DNA from: an uncultured delta proteobacterium
GTDB taxonomy: Bacteria > Myxococcota > Myxococcia > Myxococcales > Myxococcaceae
Length of the DNA: 64,000 bases
Reading direction: 5' to 3'
Assembly: GCA_963713045.1 (NCBI GenBank)
Contig: CAVQKE010000004.1
Location: forward strand, 1,056,001-1,120,000
This document shows positions 1-12,266 of the stretch, piece after piece. How positions within the stretch are numbered: the stretch's first letter is position 1; each line of letters opens with the position of its first letter. A program made the translations under genes and the position numbers. The notes beneath the pieces were generated by a model, which was given only the letters and a program-made list of their open reading frames with translations, did not search any database and was not told the origin of the DNA.

Positions 1-482
1 AAAAATTCATAAAGGGTCTGGCCGTCGGCCGGCTGAAAGTTTGGCTGAGGGCAGGGGTAGTCGTTGACGACACCCGACGTCACAAAGAGCAGCGCCTTGC
101 CCTGAGGGATGGTGCAGGTGCGGGTAAAGCTGGCGGTGGTCCCCGGGTCGAGGACCGGCGGGAGAAACCAGACGGGGCCGTCCGGCTGGTCGACGGCGCA
201 GTCCACGCCGGTGGTGTCCAACAGCGGATTCTGCCCGTTCGGTACCGAATACACCCACTGCCACAGCCTCTCCGTCCACCGCTCCAAGCTTGTGCCAAAG
301 GGCCGGCTGTGCGGTTCATAGGCTTGGCTATTGCGAGGGCGGTCTCCCCCGGGCGCCACGTCCAGGGCGGAGTTGGCTTGGCCTGGCGGCGGCGGCACGC
401 TGCCGCTGACGCCGGAACCGCACGCGAGGAACGCGACAAAGCCCAAGCAACCGAAGCCCACCATCCAATTCGTCCATTTCAT
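1..482 (-). CDS. Lipoprotein of unknown function, truncated at the window edge and absent from the ORF track
   Basis: Manual translation from ATG at 482 after AAAGGAGG gives MKWTNWMVGFGCLGFVAFLAC (lipobox) ...LWQWVYSVPNGQNPLLDTTGVDC...GPVWFL...TRTCTIPQGKALLF, open to base 1. Confidence 0.8.
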   Translation of the reverse strand, partial: MKWTNWMVGFGCLGFVAFLACGSGVSGSVPPPPGQANSALDVAPGGDRPRNSQAYEPHSRPFGTSLERWTERLWQWVYSVPNGQNPLLDTTGVDCAVDQPDGPVWFLPPVLDPGTTASFTRTCTIPQGKALLFVTSGVVNDYPCPQPNFQPADGQTLYEF

Positions 483-524
483 GAAGGCCTCCTTTCACCA
501 GCGCCAAGACGATGGTGGCGGTGC

Positions 525-567
525 GGTCCAGAAGGAGGATCCAGTTTTCAGAAAGCCGAGGTGCCAG
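525..567 (-). promoter_or_regulatory. Putative MocR operator upstream of the lipoprotein gene
   Basis: CTGG repeats on the minus strand (plus-strand CCAG at 528, 541, 564). The core CCAGTT..AGAAA is shared with the site at 2202-2246. Confidence 0.5.
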
Positions 568-621
568 GGGCCTCTGCTGAACGACCCTCGTCAAGGCCTG
601 TGGGCGCGTGACGGGAGCCTC

Positions 622-2158
622 TCAGCGCGTGCCAGCCGCCCACTTCGGTGGACGATGGCTCTCTGGACGAAGCGCTGGAGTGGAGGCGGGGCGTTGCATC
701 GCCGGAAGGGCCGCTGACATGCGCTTCACGGCCTCGTCCAATTCCCCTTCATCCAGTGGAGAGAAGCCGAGGCGGATGGCTTGCACCAGCGCGTCGTTGA
801 AGTCGTACTGCCGGCCGCTGACGAAGGCCACGCCATGGTTGAGGGCGCGTGCGGCCCAGTCCGCCAGGTCCACGTCCGGCGCCACCCGCGCCCACAGTGC
901 CATGCCCCCCGCCGGCACCTGGAATGCGATGATTCCGTGGAGGTGCCGGCGGAGCGCCTCGGCCAGCGCGTCGCGCCGCCCGCGGTAGACCCGGCGCATT
1001 CGGCGCACGTGCCGCATCAGGTCGCCGTCTTCGAAGAGTTCGGCAACGGCGCACTCGTGCGCCAAGTCGCCTTGCAGGTCTGCGACTTGCCGGAGCGCCC
1101 GGACGCGCTCCAGCACCGCGGGCGGCGCCACCAGGTAGCCAATGCGCAGGCCGGGGGCGAGGACTTTGGACAGCGTCCCAATGTAGACGACGACGCCAAC
1201 CTCGTCCCTGGCCGCGAGCGGCAGGACCGGCCGCCCCTCATAGTGAAAGTCGTGGTCGTAGTCGTCTTCGATGAGGGCAATTCGGCGCGCGCGCGCCAAC
1301 TGGAGCAGCTGCATCCGGCGGGTGGCCGGCATCACCGCGGTGGTGGGAAATTGGTGGTGCGGGGTGAGGTAGACCGCCCGGATGCGCTGGCTCTCGGCCA
1401 ACCTCGTCAAGGCGGCAACATCCAGGCCCGAGGCGTCCACCGGGACCGGCAACAGCTGTGCGCCGGCCAGCCGCAGTGCAGTCCATGCCGCGCGATTGCC
1501 CAGCGCCTCCACCGCCACCACGTCGCCAGGGCTCAACAGTGCGCGGGCCACCAAATCGAGCGCCATCTGGCTGCCGCGGGTCACCACCACGTCATCGGCC
1601 CCGACCGCGATGCCGCGGGTGGTGGTCAACATCTCGGACAGGGCAGTCCGCAGACGCACATGTCCGCGCGGGTCCCCGTAACCCAACAGCGCTGCGCCGT
1701 GGCGAGCCAACGCCCGACGGTAGGCGCGCGTCAGCTCAGCAACTGGAACCAGGCGCGGGTCGGGAGCCCCCTTGGCCAACACCAGCGTGCCGGCCGGCCA
1801 GGAGGGTGGCGCGGCAACGGCCAGCGGCGGCCCGACGTCGTAGCCGGCGAGACGCTGCCGCGTCCCGGCGGGGGCGACCGGGCCTTGGTCGAAGGGCGTC
1901 GGAAGGTGCTGGGCGATGAAGGTTCCCCCAGCCCGAGTGGTCTCGATCCGATCCTTGCGCGGCAAGCTCGCCATAGGCAGCCAGGACCGTGTTGCGGTGG
2001 ACGTGCAGCGCATTGGCTAGGGTGCGCGAGCCGGGCAGGCGCGCGCCCGGCACCAGGCGTCCGCTGCGGATGTCGGTGAGGACCGCCTCGGCAAGCTGCA
2101 AAAAAAGAGGCAGCTTGCCTGCGGGGTCCAAGGCCACGGTCAACTCCCACGAGCGCAC
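622..2158 (-). CDS. MocR/GntR family PLP-dependent transcriptional regulator with one frameshift near 1950
   Basis: N-terminal GntR HTH (RLPGSRTLANALHVHRNTV) lies in ORF 1736..2158. The aminotransferase-like domain (EDDYD, GTLSKVLAPGLRIG) lies in ORF 622..2013. Removing one base at about 1950 restores QGWIET. Confidence 0.9.
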
Positions 2159-2201
2159 GGGGAACGTCTCTCTTCCAGGGCCACATCCTCCGCCCTCTGC
2201 C

Positions 2202-2246
2202 GGGTCCTTGGACTGGACCAGTTCCTAGAAAACCCGCTAGACCAGT
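2202..2246 (-). promoter_or_regulatory. Putative MocR autoregulatory operator
   Basis: ACTGGTC direct repeats 24 bp apart on the minus strand, just upstream of the regulator start. Confidence 0.5.
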
Positions 2247-2579
2247 GCGGGCTCCCGGCCGCGTTCGCGTGCCCTGTCAAGCGTCGAGCGGTGGTGGCCT
2301 GCTGCGATGTCTGTGCAGCGAGTTCGGCTGCTCCTCCAGCCTTCCTCTCGCGGCAAAACCCAGCCTGTCTGTCCTTCCGCTTCGACGACATCGACAACCC
2401 CAACGGCGCACATCATCCGACCGTCGACGGGCGTCCCGGAAGGCGATGCAGCGAAGGGCTGCATTGAAGCCGTGGGCGACGTTGCCTTCCCCCTCCGTTG
2501 CGCAGCTTTGCCAGGGAGGGCCGTTGGGCGCGCAGCCGGCGCTCCACTTTGGGGGGCGGGGCGCGCTTTGGGCGCGGGC

Positions 2580-4451
2580 CTACTTCTTCTGGCGCGCCAA
2601 AATGACCTCCATCTCATCCATCACCCGGTTCATCTCCCGCATGGCCGCGTCAAACGGGGCGGAGGTGGTCGGGTCGACGCCCGCGGCCTTCAACAGGTCC
2701 ACCGGGTACTTGGACCCGCCGGCTTTCAGCATCGCGAGGTAGCGGTCCCGGGCTGCAGTCTGGCCCTTGGCCGCCTCGTCCCGAATGGCCTGCGCCAGGG
2801 ACGTCGAGGCGATGATGCTGGTGGCGTATTGGTAGACGTAAAAGTTGTAATAGAAGTGCGGGATGGCGGCCCATTCGATGGCCAGCAGGTCATCCACCTG
2901 GGTCACGCCCAGGTCGTGCCCGTAATATTCTCGCACCAGTTTGAGGTAGCGCTTGGAAAGCTCCTCGCCGGTGAGCGGCTCATCGCGTTCCGCCGCCTCG
3001 TGAATCGCCAACTCAAACTCGGCAAATTGCGTCTGTCGAAAGAGTGTGCCGCGAAGGCCGTCGAGGTAGTTGCCGAGCAGGACCAACCGCACGGCATCGT
3101 CCTTCGTCTTGTCCAGCATGTAGTGGAAGAGGAGGTTTTCGTTCAGCGTTGAGGCCACCTCAGCAACAAAAATCTGGTACCCCGAAGTCGGGTAGGGCTG
3201 GGTCGAGTTGGCCAGGTAGGTGTGCATCGAATGGCCCGACTCGTGCGCCAGCGTCCGAAGGTCGTCGTACTTCCCGTTGAAGTTGAGCAGCTGGTAGGGG
3301 TGCACCCCCCAGACTCCAGTGGAGTAGGCGCCAGAACGCTTCCCGGTGGACGGCAGGTAGTCTGTCCAGCGACTCTCGAAGCCTTTGCGGAGGCCATCGA
3401 CATAGTCCTTGCCCAGCGGCGCAACCGCCTCCAGCACCAGGGCGCGCGCCTCGTCCGGCCCGTAGGTGAGGTCCACCGTTCCAACCAGCGGCAGGTAGAG
3501 GTCCTGGTAGCGAAGCACGTCCAGGCCGAGCATCCGCTTGCGCAGGCGCAGGTAGCGATGGAGCGTCGGAAGGTTGCGGCGCACGTCGGAGACCAGCTGC
3601 TTGTAGACCGCCACCGGGATGGCATTGGGAAAGAGGGCAGCTTCGACCGAGGACGAGTAGCCACGGATTTTCTTGGTGAAAACGTGGGTCTTGACGTGCG
3701 CGTCCAGCGTCGCGCCCATGGTCCGCTCGTAAACCTTGAGCGCTGCAAAGAAGGCATTGAAGACTTTGTCACGGTCTTCCCGCAGCGCCGCCGCGCGGTA
3801 GCGGGTAAAGGCCGCGGGGTCGAGCCGGACCTCCCCGGTGGAGAGCTTGACGGTGGGCCAGGGGAGGTCGGCGTTGGCGAGGACGCTGTAGACCCCTTGT
3901 CCGGCGCCGGCCAGGTTACCCGCTTCGGCGGCGATTTTTTCTTCAGGCGCCGACAGCGTGTGTTGCCGCCGGCGGAGAATGTCATTCAGGTAGAAGGCAT
4001 AGGGTTGAAGCCGCTTCTCCTGTGCCAGGAAGGCGCGGACCTTCTCCTCGCCCAGCGCGATGACTTCGGGTTCGAAGTACGCCGTGGCCGCTCCCAGGTC
4101 GGTGGCCAGCTGCTCGGCCGCGAGTTTGAGCTCGCGTGGCCGCTGTTCCCGGAGGTCTTGGTCCGAGAGCGAACTGGCGTAGACGTAGACGCGCTCCAGA
4201 AGGAGCTGGGTTGCGTAGATGGCATCCAGCGCCTTCCACAGCGCTTCCGGTGAATCCCCCAGGTGCCCGCGGTACCCGGGGAGAGCGGCCATCCGCTTGC
4301 GCACGTCGTCCCGCCCTGCCGACCAAGCCGCTTCATTGGGGAACAGGTCCGCCAGGTTCCAGGTGTATTTCAGCGGAATGTCGCGCCGGTCGGTGACGCT
4401 GGCCGGAAGCGTGGCGAGGAGTGCGGTCACAAGAAGGAGTTGGGTTTGCAT
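2580..4451 (-). CDS. pepF: Oligoendopeptidase F (M3B) with signal peptide
   Basis: YTWNLADLF, GKRSGAYS, HPYQLLN, LAHESGHSMH (HExxH), FVAEVAST and PHFYYNFYVYQYATS motifs. Confidence 0.93.
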   Translation of the reverse strand: MQTQLLLVTALLATLPASVTDRRDIPLKYTWNLADLFPNEAAWSAGRDDVRKRMAALPGYRGHLGDSPEALWKALDAIYATQLLLERVYVYASSLSDQDLREQRPRELKLAAEQLATDLGAATAYFEPEVIALGEEKVRAFLAQEKRLQPYAFYLNDILRRRQHTLSAPEEKIAAEAGNLAGAGQGVYSVLANADLPWPTVKLSTGEVRLDPAAFTRYRAAALREDRDKVFNAFFAALKVYERTMGATLDAHVKTHVFTKKIRGYSSSVEAALFPNAIPVAVYKQLVSDVRRNLPTLHRYLRLRKRMLGLDVLRYQDLYLPLVGTVDLTYGPDEARALVLEAVAPLGKDYVDGLRKGFESRWTDYLPSTGKRSGAYSTGVWGVHPYQLLNFNGKYDDLRTLAHESGHSMHTYLANSTQPYPTSGYQIFVAEVASTLNENLLFHYMLDKTKDDAVRLVLLGNYLDGLRGTLFRQTQFAEFELAIHEAAERDEPLTGEELSKRYLKLVREYYGHDLGVTQVDDLLAIEWAAIPHFYYNFYVYQYATSIIASTSLAQAIRDEAAKGQTAARDRYLAMLKAGGSKYPVDLLKAAGVDPTTSAPFDAAMREMNRVMDEMEVILARQKK

Positions 4452-4659
4452 GGTGGGGATGCCGCCGGAGGTGGGGGAGCGCCAATTGGCACATCGTCCC
4501 TGACGGGACAAGGAGTGTCTGATTGCTGTCCTCGCCCAAGAAACCTTCGCCAGAGGCCGCTCAGTGCTTCGGCCCCTGGTTCAACCTGCCCCCCTAGTCA
4601 CCCGTCCTCAGCCGGAGGGTCACTGGCAGTGCGCAACCTGGGGTGTCTACGCTGGTCCA

Positions 4660-5025
4660 GTGCGCGCTTTCGTGGCCGGAGCGCTGTTCCTCGCCGCCTG
4701 CTCGACCGGGCCCGACTGCACGCTCGTTCCTACACCCATTGGTTTGTTCCCTAGCGCCTGCGTCATTGTGGTCTCCAACGGCAACAACCTCCCCGCCGTC
4801 GTGATGGCGACGTACGCTCCATGCTCCTGCCCGCTACCGGCGCCCGACTGCACCCTCCTGCCAACGCCCGGCGGTTATGCCCCGAAGGCCTGCGTCATTG
4901 AGGTGCCCAACGACGCGACCGTCAGCGACACCCCTGATGGCGGCACGGTTGTCAGCCTCAACGGGCGCGTGCTGGCGACGTATCCGCCATGTCCCTGCGC
5001 ACGCCCGGATGGTGGTTTTAATTGA
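4660..5025 (+). CDS. Small Cys-rich lipoprotein with an internal tandem duplication
   Basis: GTG start and lipobox FLAAC. Two units: PDCTL.PTP.G..P.ACVI.V.N ... ATY.PC.C. Confidence 0.7.
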   Translation: MRAFVAGALFLAACSTGPDCTLVPTPIGLFPSACVIVVSNGNNLPAVVMATYAPCSCPLPAPDCTLLPTPGGYAPKACVIEVPNDATVSDTPDGGTVVSLNGRVLATYPPCPCARPDGGFN

Positions 5026-5209
5026 AGAAGTTGAAGAAAGGGTGGCGGCAGCTCGTTTGCATTCGAGAGTAGGTCGGCCCGCAGGTGAGCGGATTTGCTC
5101 GCGCCCGTTCGCCCCAGCTTCGAGCCTTCCGGCTCGCACCAGCCCGGTCCACACCTAAGTAAAGAGGCGAAGGTCCGCCACCCACTCTGCCTCGCCGTCC
5201 GTGGCTGGC

Positions 5210-5506
5210 CTACCGGTAGTCGCCGCAAGCCACGCCCGCCGGAATACAGCGCCAGTAGCTGTTGTCGCACTGGTCGAGGCAGGAGTCGCTCGGAATGCCC
5301 GTCCCATCGGGTCCTGCGCAGGCAGTCTTGCAGGCACTGCGGGCGCTCCTGCAGCGCCGACACATTTGTCCCGGCGTTTCGGGGCCGCCGCCCGCGTCGG
5401 CCGTCGGAAGCGATTGGGCATGGAGTTGCGCCGGTCCGCTGAGGATGGCGAGGGCGCCGGCAACCAAGGGCACGGCGAGGACGGGCCAGCGACGGACGAA
5501 AGTCAT
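5210..5506 (-). CDS. Small exported 8-Cys protein
   Basis: Signal peptide MTFVRRWPVLAVPLVAGALAILSGPAQLHA after a GGAG RBS. Mature part contains CxxC-x6-CxxxC-x12-CxxxC-x6-C-x6-C. Confidence 0.6.
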   Translation of the reverse strand: MTFVRRWPVLAVPLVAGALAILSGPAQLHAQSLPTADAGGGPETPGQMCRRCRSARSACKTACAGPDGTGIPSDSCLDQCDNSYWRCIPAGVACGDYR

Positions 5507-5643
5507 GGCGAAGTCTCCCGAAGCAGGAGGGTATCCCAACGCCGAGCAGGCGCCGGAGGCTTTTGCAGGTGCTTCCTCTGCGGGCTGCTCCGCGCATGCC
5601 GGGCTCATGTCGCCGGCTCACCCGATGGTTATGTTGGCATTCC

Positions 5644-6345
5644 ATGGCCAGAACAGCTTTGGTGACCGGCGCCTCCCGCGGCATTGGTCGCGAGGTGGCA
5701 CGCGAGTTGTCGGGGGAGGGCTACCGGGTCATCTCGACCGTTCGGGTGGCAGCCGATGCCGAACCGCTTCCCAATTCGGTGACCGAGGTTTTGGACGTCG
5801 GCTCGCCGGTGTCCATCGAAAGTTTGGCCAAGCGTTTGCGGCGGCGTGAGGAAACGCTCGACGTGCTGGTCAACAATGCGGGCGTCTATCGGGGGGTGGA
5901 GGCGACCACGCTCTGGAACGTGAACGTGCGCGGACCGCTCCTGCTGACGCGCGCTCTCTCGCCTTTGCTGGTCGACGGGGCCCGGGTGGTGATGGTGTCC
6001 AGTGGGCTCGGCCGAAGCTCGAACCAGGACCCGCGCTTCTTGGCCCGACTGACCTCTGAGGTGAAGACGCTGCGCGACATGGAGAAGCTCTGCGATGAAG
6101 CACCGGACGGCTACGGGGCGAGCAAGGCCGCGTTGAATCGTCTGGCCCAACTCTTCGCAGCCGAGCTGAAGCCGAGGCACATTCTGGTCAACGCCGTCAG
6201 TCCCGGCTGGGTCCGCACCGCGATGGGGGGCGCCAGCGCCCCCCGCTCCGTTGAGCAGGGCGCTGCCTCCGTCCTGTGGGGCACTCGGCTGGGGCCCGAC
6301 GGGCCAAGCGGCGGCTACTTTGAGGACGGGCAGCCGCTCGAATGA
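5644..6345 (+). CDS. Short-chain dehydrogenase/reductase (carbonyl reductase-like)
   Basis: TGASRGIG, LVNNAG, YGASK and VSPGWVRT motifs. Confidence 0.92.
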   Translation: MARTALVTGASRGIGREVARELSGEGYRVISTVRVAADAEPLPNSVTEVLDVGSPVSIESLAKRLRRREETLDVLVNNAGVYRGVEATTLWNVNVRGPLLLTRALSPLLVDGARVVMVSSGLGRSSNQDPRFLARLTSEVKTLRDMEKLCDEAPDGYGASKAALNRLAQLFAAELKPRHILVNAVSPGWVRTAMGGASAPRSVEQGAASVLWGTRLGPDGPSGGYFEDGQPLE

Positions 6346-6372
6346 AGGTGAGGCCCGCCCAGGCGCGCGAAA

Positions 6373-6633
6373 TCAGGAGGGCGCGGCCGGCACCCAGGCA
6401 GCGCGGAAGAAGCGCCGCAGTCCCCAGAGTCCGCCAGTCGCCGCGAAAAGGCCCAGGACGCTGAAGCCAATCTCACGAAGCCTGCGGCCCATGAGCAATG
6501 CGAGAATGCCCACCACCGAAAGCATCCCCAGGTACCACAACAGAAACGTGAGGATTCCGAAGCCGAGCCGAACTGTTCGGGATGCTGAGGGCGGTAGCCG
6601 GTTGGCACCGCGCACGCCCATCATCAACGCCAA
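6373..6633 (-). CDS. Small membrane protein, start uncertain
   Basis: Two or three hydrophobic segments; the frame stays open and hydrophobic up to about 6720. Confidence 0.4.
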   Translation of the reverse strand: MALMMGVRGANRLPPSASRTVRLGFGILTFLLWYLGMLSVVGILALLMGRRLREIGFSVLGLFAATGGLWGLRRFFRAAWVPAAPS

Positions 6634-6981
6634 ACCAGCCCACAGCGATGTGCCAATGCCGATGATTGCGGCGATGGTTGAGAAGGGTGTGATGGAGTCG
6701 CTCCAGAACTGCAGCCGACGCCGTCAAGTGGATGGCGCCGTGGCGAAGGGACCCAACTTGGGCCCTCTTCGGCGGGGGGGACTCCCCAGGAGGCACCCCA
6801 GCGGCGGGCCAATGCTGACGGCGGGGCGGCGCGTTGAGGGAGTGGCCGGAGGCCCGCATTCCGACGCCACTGATATGCGGGAGTGCACCTTCAAGGGAAT
6901 GCGTTATGACGCTTGTGCCTAAGCCCAGGGGAGATGCCCCGAGGCAGTAACGGCCCGCCCCCCGAAGGGGAGACAAACACT

Positions 6982-7677
6982 ATGGCATTCGAAACGACAG
7001 ACTTCCGCTCCTCGCCCTCCCAGGTCGCCGTCGGCCAGGCTGCGCGAGGCTTTATGGCCGGCGTCTACCGCTGGATGACGCTTGGACTGGGCGTGACCGG
7101 TCTCGTCGCCTGGTACCTGGCGAGCAATCCCCAGCTGTTGGCCCAAGTGTGGGGCTACAAGTGGGTTCTCTTCATCGCCCAGTTGGGCCTGGTCATCGTC
7201 CTCTCAGCAGGCGTCAACCGACTGTCCTACGGAACGGCCGCCGTGCTGTTTGTCGCCTACGCCGCGCTGACCGGCATCACCTTTGGGACGCTTTTCTATG
7301 CCTACACCGCGGGCTCCATCGCCAGCGCGTTTCTGGTGACGGCCGGTTCCTTCGCGGGGCTGAGCTTCTTCGCCACCGTGACCAAGCGCGACTTGTCCGG
7401 CTGGGCGACCTTCCTCTTCATGGGGCTCATCGGCGTCGTCATCGCCAGCGTGGTCCAGATTTTCTGGCCCAACCCGATGCTCAACTTCGTCGTCGCTTGC
7501 GCCGGGGTGGTGGTCTTCGCAGGCCTCACCGCCTATGACACGCAGAAGCTGCGCAACTACGCCCTGCAAGGCGGCGGCGTTGCGGCGCTGAGCATCGTCG
7601 GCGCGCTGACGCTTTACTTGGACTTCATCAACCTCTTCCTCTCGCTGCTGCGGCTCTTCGGTAACCGGCGCAACTAG
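6982..7677 (+). CDS. Bax inhibitor-1/YccA family membrane protein
   Basis: About 7 TM segments; FMAGVYRWM, LTAYDTQKL and GALTLYLDFINLF motifs. Confidence 0.93.
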   Translation: MAFETTDFRSSPSQVAVGQAARGFMAGVYRWMTLGLGVTGLVAWYLASNPQLLAQVWGYKWVLFIAQLGLVIVLSAGVNRLSYGTAAVLFVAYAALTGITFGTLFYAYTAGSIASAFLVTAGSFAGLSFFATVTKRDLSGWATFLFMGLIGVVIASVVQIFWPNPMLNFVVACAGVVVFAGLTAYDTQKLRNYALQGGGVAALSIVGALTLYLDFINLFLSLLRLFGNRRN

Positions 7678-7702
7678 CCCCCGGGCGGGGGCGCCCTGCC
7701 CC

Positions 7703-8461
7703 TCAGGGCCGCTTCGTCAGCCGCGCCACCACCTCACGCAACAGCCGTTGCGCATCGGGGGTCTGGAACGTCCCGACCCAGCTGGCAGCATCGGTAGCGC
7801 CGGCGCCGGCAATTGCCGCCAGCGCCGGCCGGCGAAGGGACGCTTTGACTTGCGCGAAGGCAATGGACGGCACCGCCGCCAGCGCCGCCGCCCGTTGGAG
7901 GGCCACCTCGAGGAGCGCGTCCGCCTCGGTGACCGCGTGGACCAACCCCAGGCCCAACGCCTCCTCCGCCGTGAAGAGTCCGCCCTCGGCCATCACCGGG
8001 AACAGCGAGCTGGCCGGGACCTGACAGCGCAACGTCTCCACCACGGCCAGCGGCAGGCCAATCCCAAGCCGGACTTCATTGAGGCCGAAACGTCCCTCCC
8101 CCTTCGCCATCAGCCGTTGGTCCGCCTGGAGCGCCAGGACACAGCCCCCCGCCACGGCGTGGCCGTTGATGGCGGCCACCACCGGAAAGGGCAGTGTGAA
8201 GAGGCGCAGCATGGTGTGCGAGAAGCGCTGGATGAAGCCCTCCAGAGCAGCCGTCGGCAAGTCGACCAGCGCTGGTAAGTCGAGTCCGGCGGAAAAGGCT
8301 CGGCCTTCTCCAGTGAGGACGACGGCGCCCGGAGGCGCCGCCCGAAGGCCGTCCAAAAGCCCTCCCAAGGCGTCGAGAAAGGCGGGGTTGATGGCGTTCG
8401 CCTTGCCGGCACGCATCCGCACCAGTGCCACCTGGCCGCGTCGTTCGACGTCGATGGCCAT
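7703..8461 (-). CDS. Enoyl-CoA hydratase/isomerase
   Basis: FSAGLDL, PVVAAINGHAVAGG and GLNEVRLG motifs. Confidence 0.92.
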   Translation of the reverse strand: MAIDVERRGQVALVRMRAGKANAINPAFLDALGGLLDGLRAAPPGAVVLTGEGRAFSAGLDLPALVDLPTAALEGFIQRFSHTMLRLFTLPFPVVAAINGHAVAGGCVLALQADQRLMAKGEGRFGLNEVRLGIGLPLAVVETLRCQVPASSLFPVMAEGGLFTAEEALGLGLVHAVTEADALLEVALQRAAALAAVPSIAFAQVKASLRRPALAAIAGAGATDAASWVGTFQTPDAQRLLREVVARLTKRP

Positions 8462-8473
8462 CTTTTTCGTCTC

Positions 8474-8821
8474 CTAAAGGGGCGACAGCGGCGCCGGCGC
8501 CCCGAGGGTGCCCTTCATCCGGAGGCGTTCGACCGGGGTATTGCCCAACAGGTGCGACTCAACAATCTCCTCCACGTCCTCGACGCCGACGGCCCCGTAC
8601 CAGACGCCCTCCGGGTAGACGACGACGCTGGTCCCGAAGGCGCAGGCGTCCAGACAACCGGCGGCGTTGGCGCGCATTTTCCCTTTCAGCCCCCGGCGGT
8701 GAAGCTCCTCTTTGAAGCGCTCCAGGACGGCTTCACTTCCCTTGAGGGCGCAGCAGCCCTTGGGGTTGTCGGGGTCGCGGCGGTTGGTGCAGACAAAGAC
8801 GTGGCGTTGGTAGGGCGGCAT
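8474..8821 (-). CDS. Thioredoxin-like [2Fe-2S] ferredoxin
   Basis: HVFVCTN...GCC...AGCLDAC...VVYPEGVWY. Confidence 0.9.
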   Translation of the reverse strand: MPPYQRHVFVCTNRRDPDNPKGCCALKGSEAVLERFKEELHRRGLKGKMRANAAGCLDACAFGTSVVVYPEGVWYGAVGVEDVEEIVESHLLGNTPVERLRMKGTLGAPAPLSPL

Positions 8822-9049
8822 GCGGGTGCCTCCTTCCCTAACATTCCCTGGCGCCGGCGGGGCTGCCCTTGCTGCCCGCACCTGGGGGCCGGCCGGGGGA
8901 CTGTCGAGACTCGGCTGGCACTCTTCGCAGTCCTGGTTCTGGCAGCAGGACGCTGCCCTGGGAGCCGAGGAAGGACCCGGACGTCATGACCATGTTCCGC
9001 GCTACTGCCCGCCGACGCGTCTATTACTTGTGCTGTAGCGAGTGAGCGG

Positions 9050-9102
9050 CCACCACGGCTGGTGGTCATTGGCTTGACAGGCCGACGACCCTGAGGTTTC
9101 AT
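9050..9102 (+). promoter_or_regulatory. Possible NrdR-box-like palindrome and sigma-70 promoter of nrdJ
   Basis: CCACCA-CGGC-TGGTGG at 9050-9065, perfect TTGACA at 9074-9079, weak -10 TTTCAT 17 bp downstream. Confidence 0.4.
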
Positions 9103-9289
9103 CCCGGTAACGGTGGGCGCGGTAGTTCTCTCGAGGCGTCCACTTCTGACGAGCGCTCCCGGGGGGGTGGTCCTCCCGGAAATCCCAAAGCATTTCAGGT
9201 CCTTCACCGGTCCCGGTCCTCTCGCGAGGGGCGGCGGGCCGTCGGTCCGGTGCGCTCAGTTTTTGAAGGGTTACTCTCTTGGAGGCACC

Positions 9290-12045
<2,756 letters not shown>

Positions 12046-12068
12046 CGAAGGGCCTCCTCTTGCCCCAT

Positions 12069-12111
12069 CCCCTTTCGCCCTGACGTCCCCAGGGCGCGAG
12101 GGGCTTTTTTT
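12069..12111 (+). terminator. Rho-independent terminator of nrdJ
   Basis: CCCCTTTCGCCCTG...CAGGGCGCGAGGGG stem followed by a T7 tract. Confidence 0.75.
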
Positions 12112-12266
12112 GGGCCCCTCGACGTCAAGCCCTTCCGCGCCGGTCATCCGCCTCGCCCGGCGCCGCCGGGAGGAGGAACGGCCGGCGAAAAGCCCGGCGG
12201 CGGAGCGGGGAAATTCAAGCCCGGTGGGTTTTGGCCAGCCCCGGGTTAGCCGTCCCTTAGCCGTCC

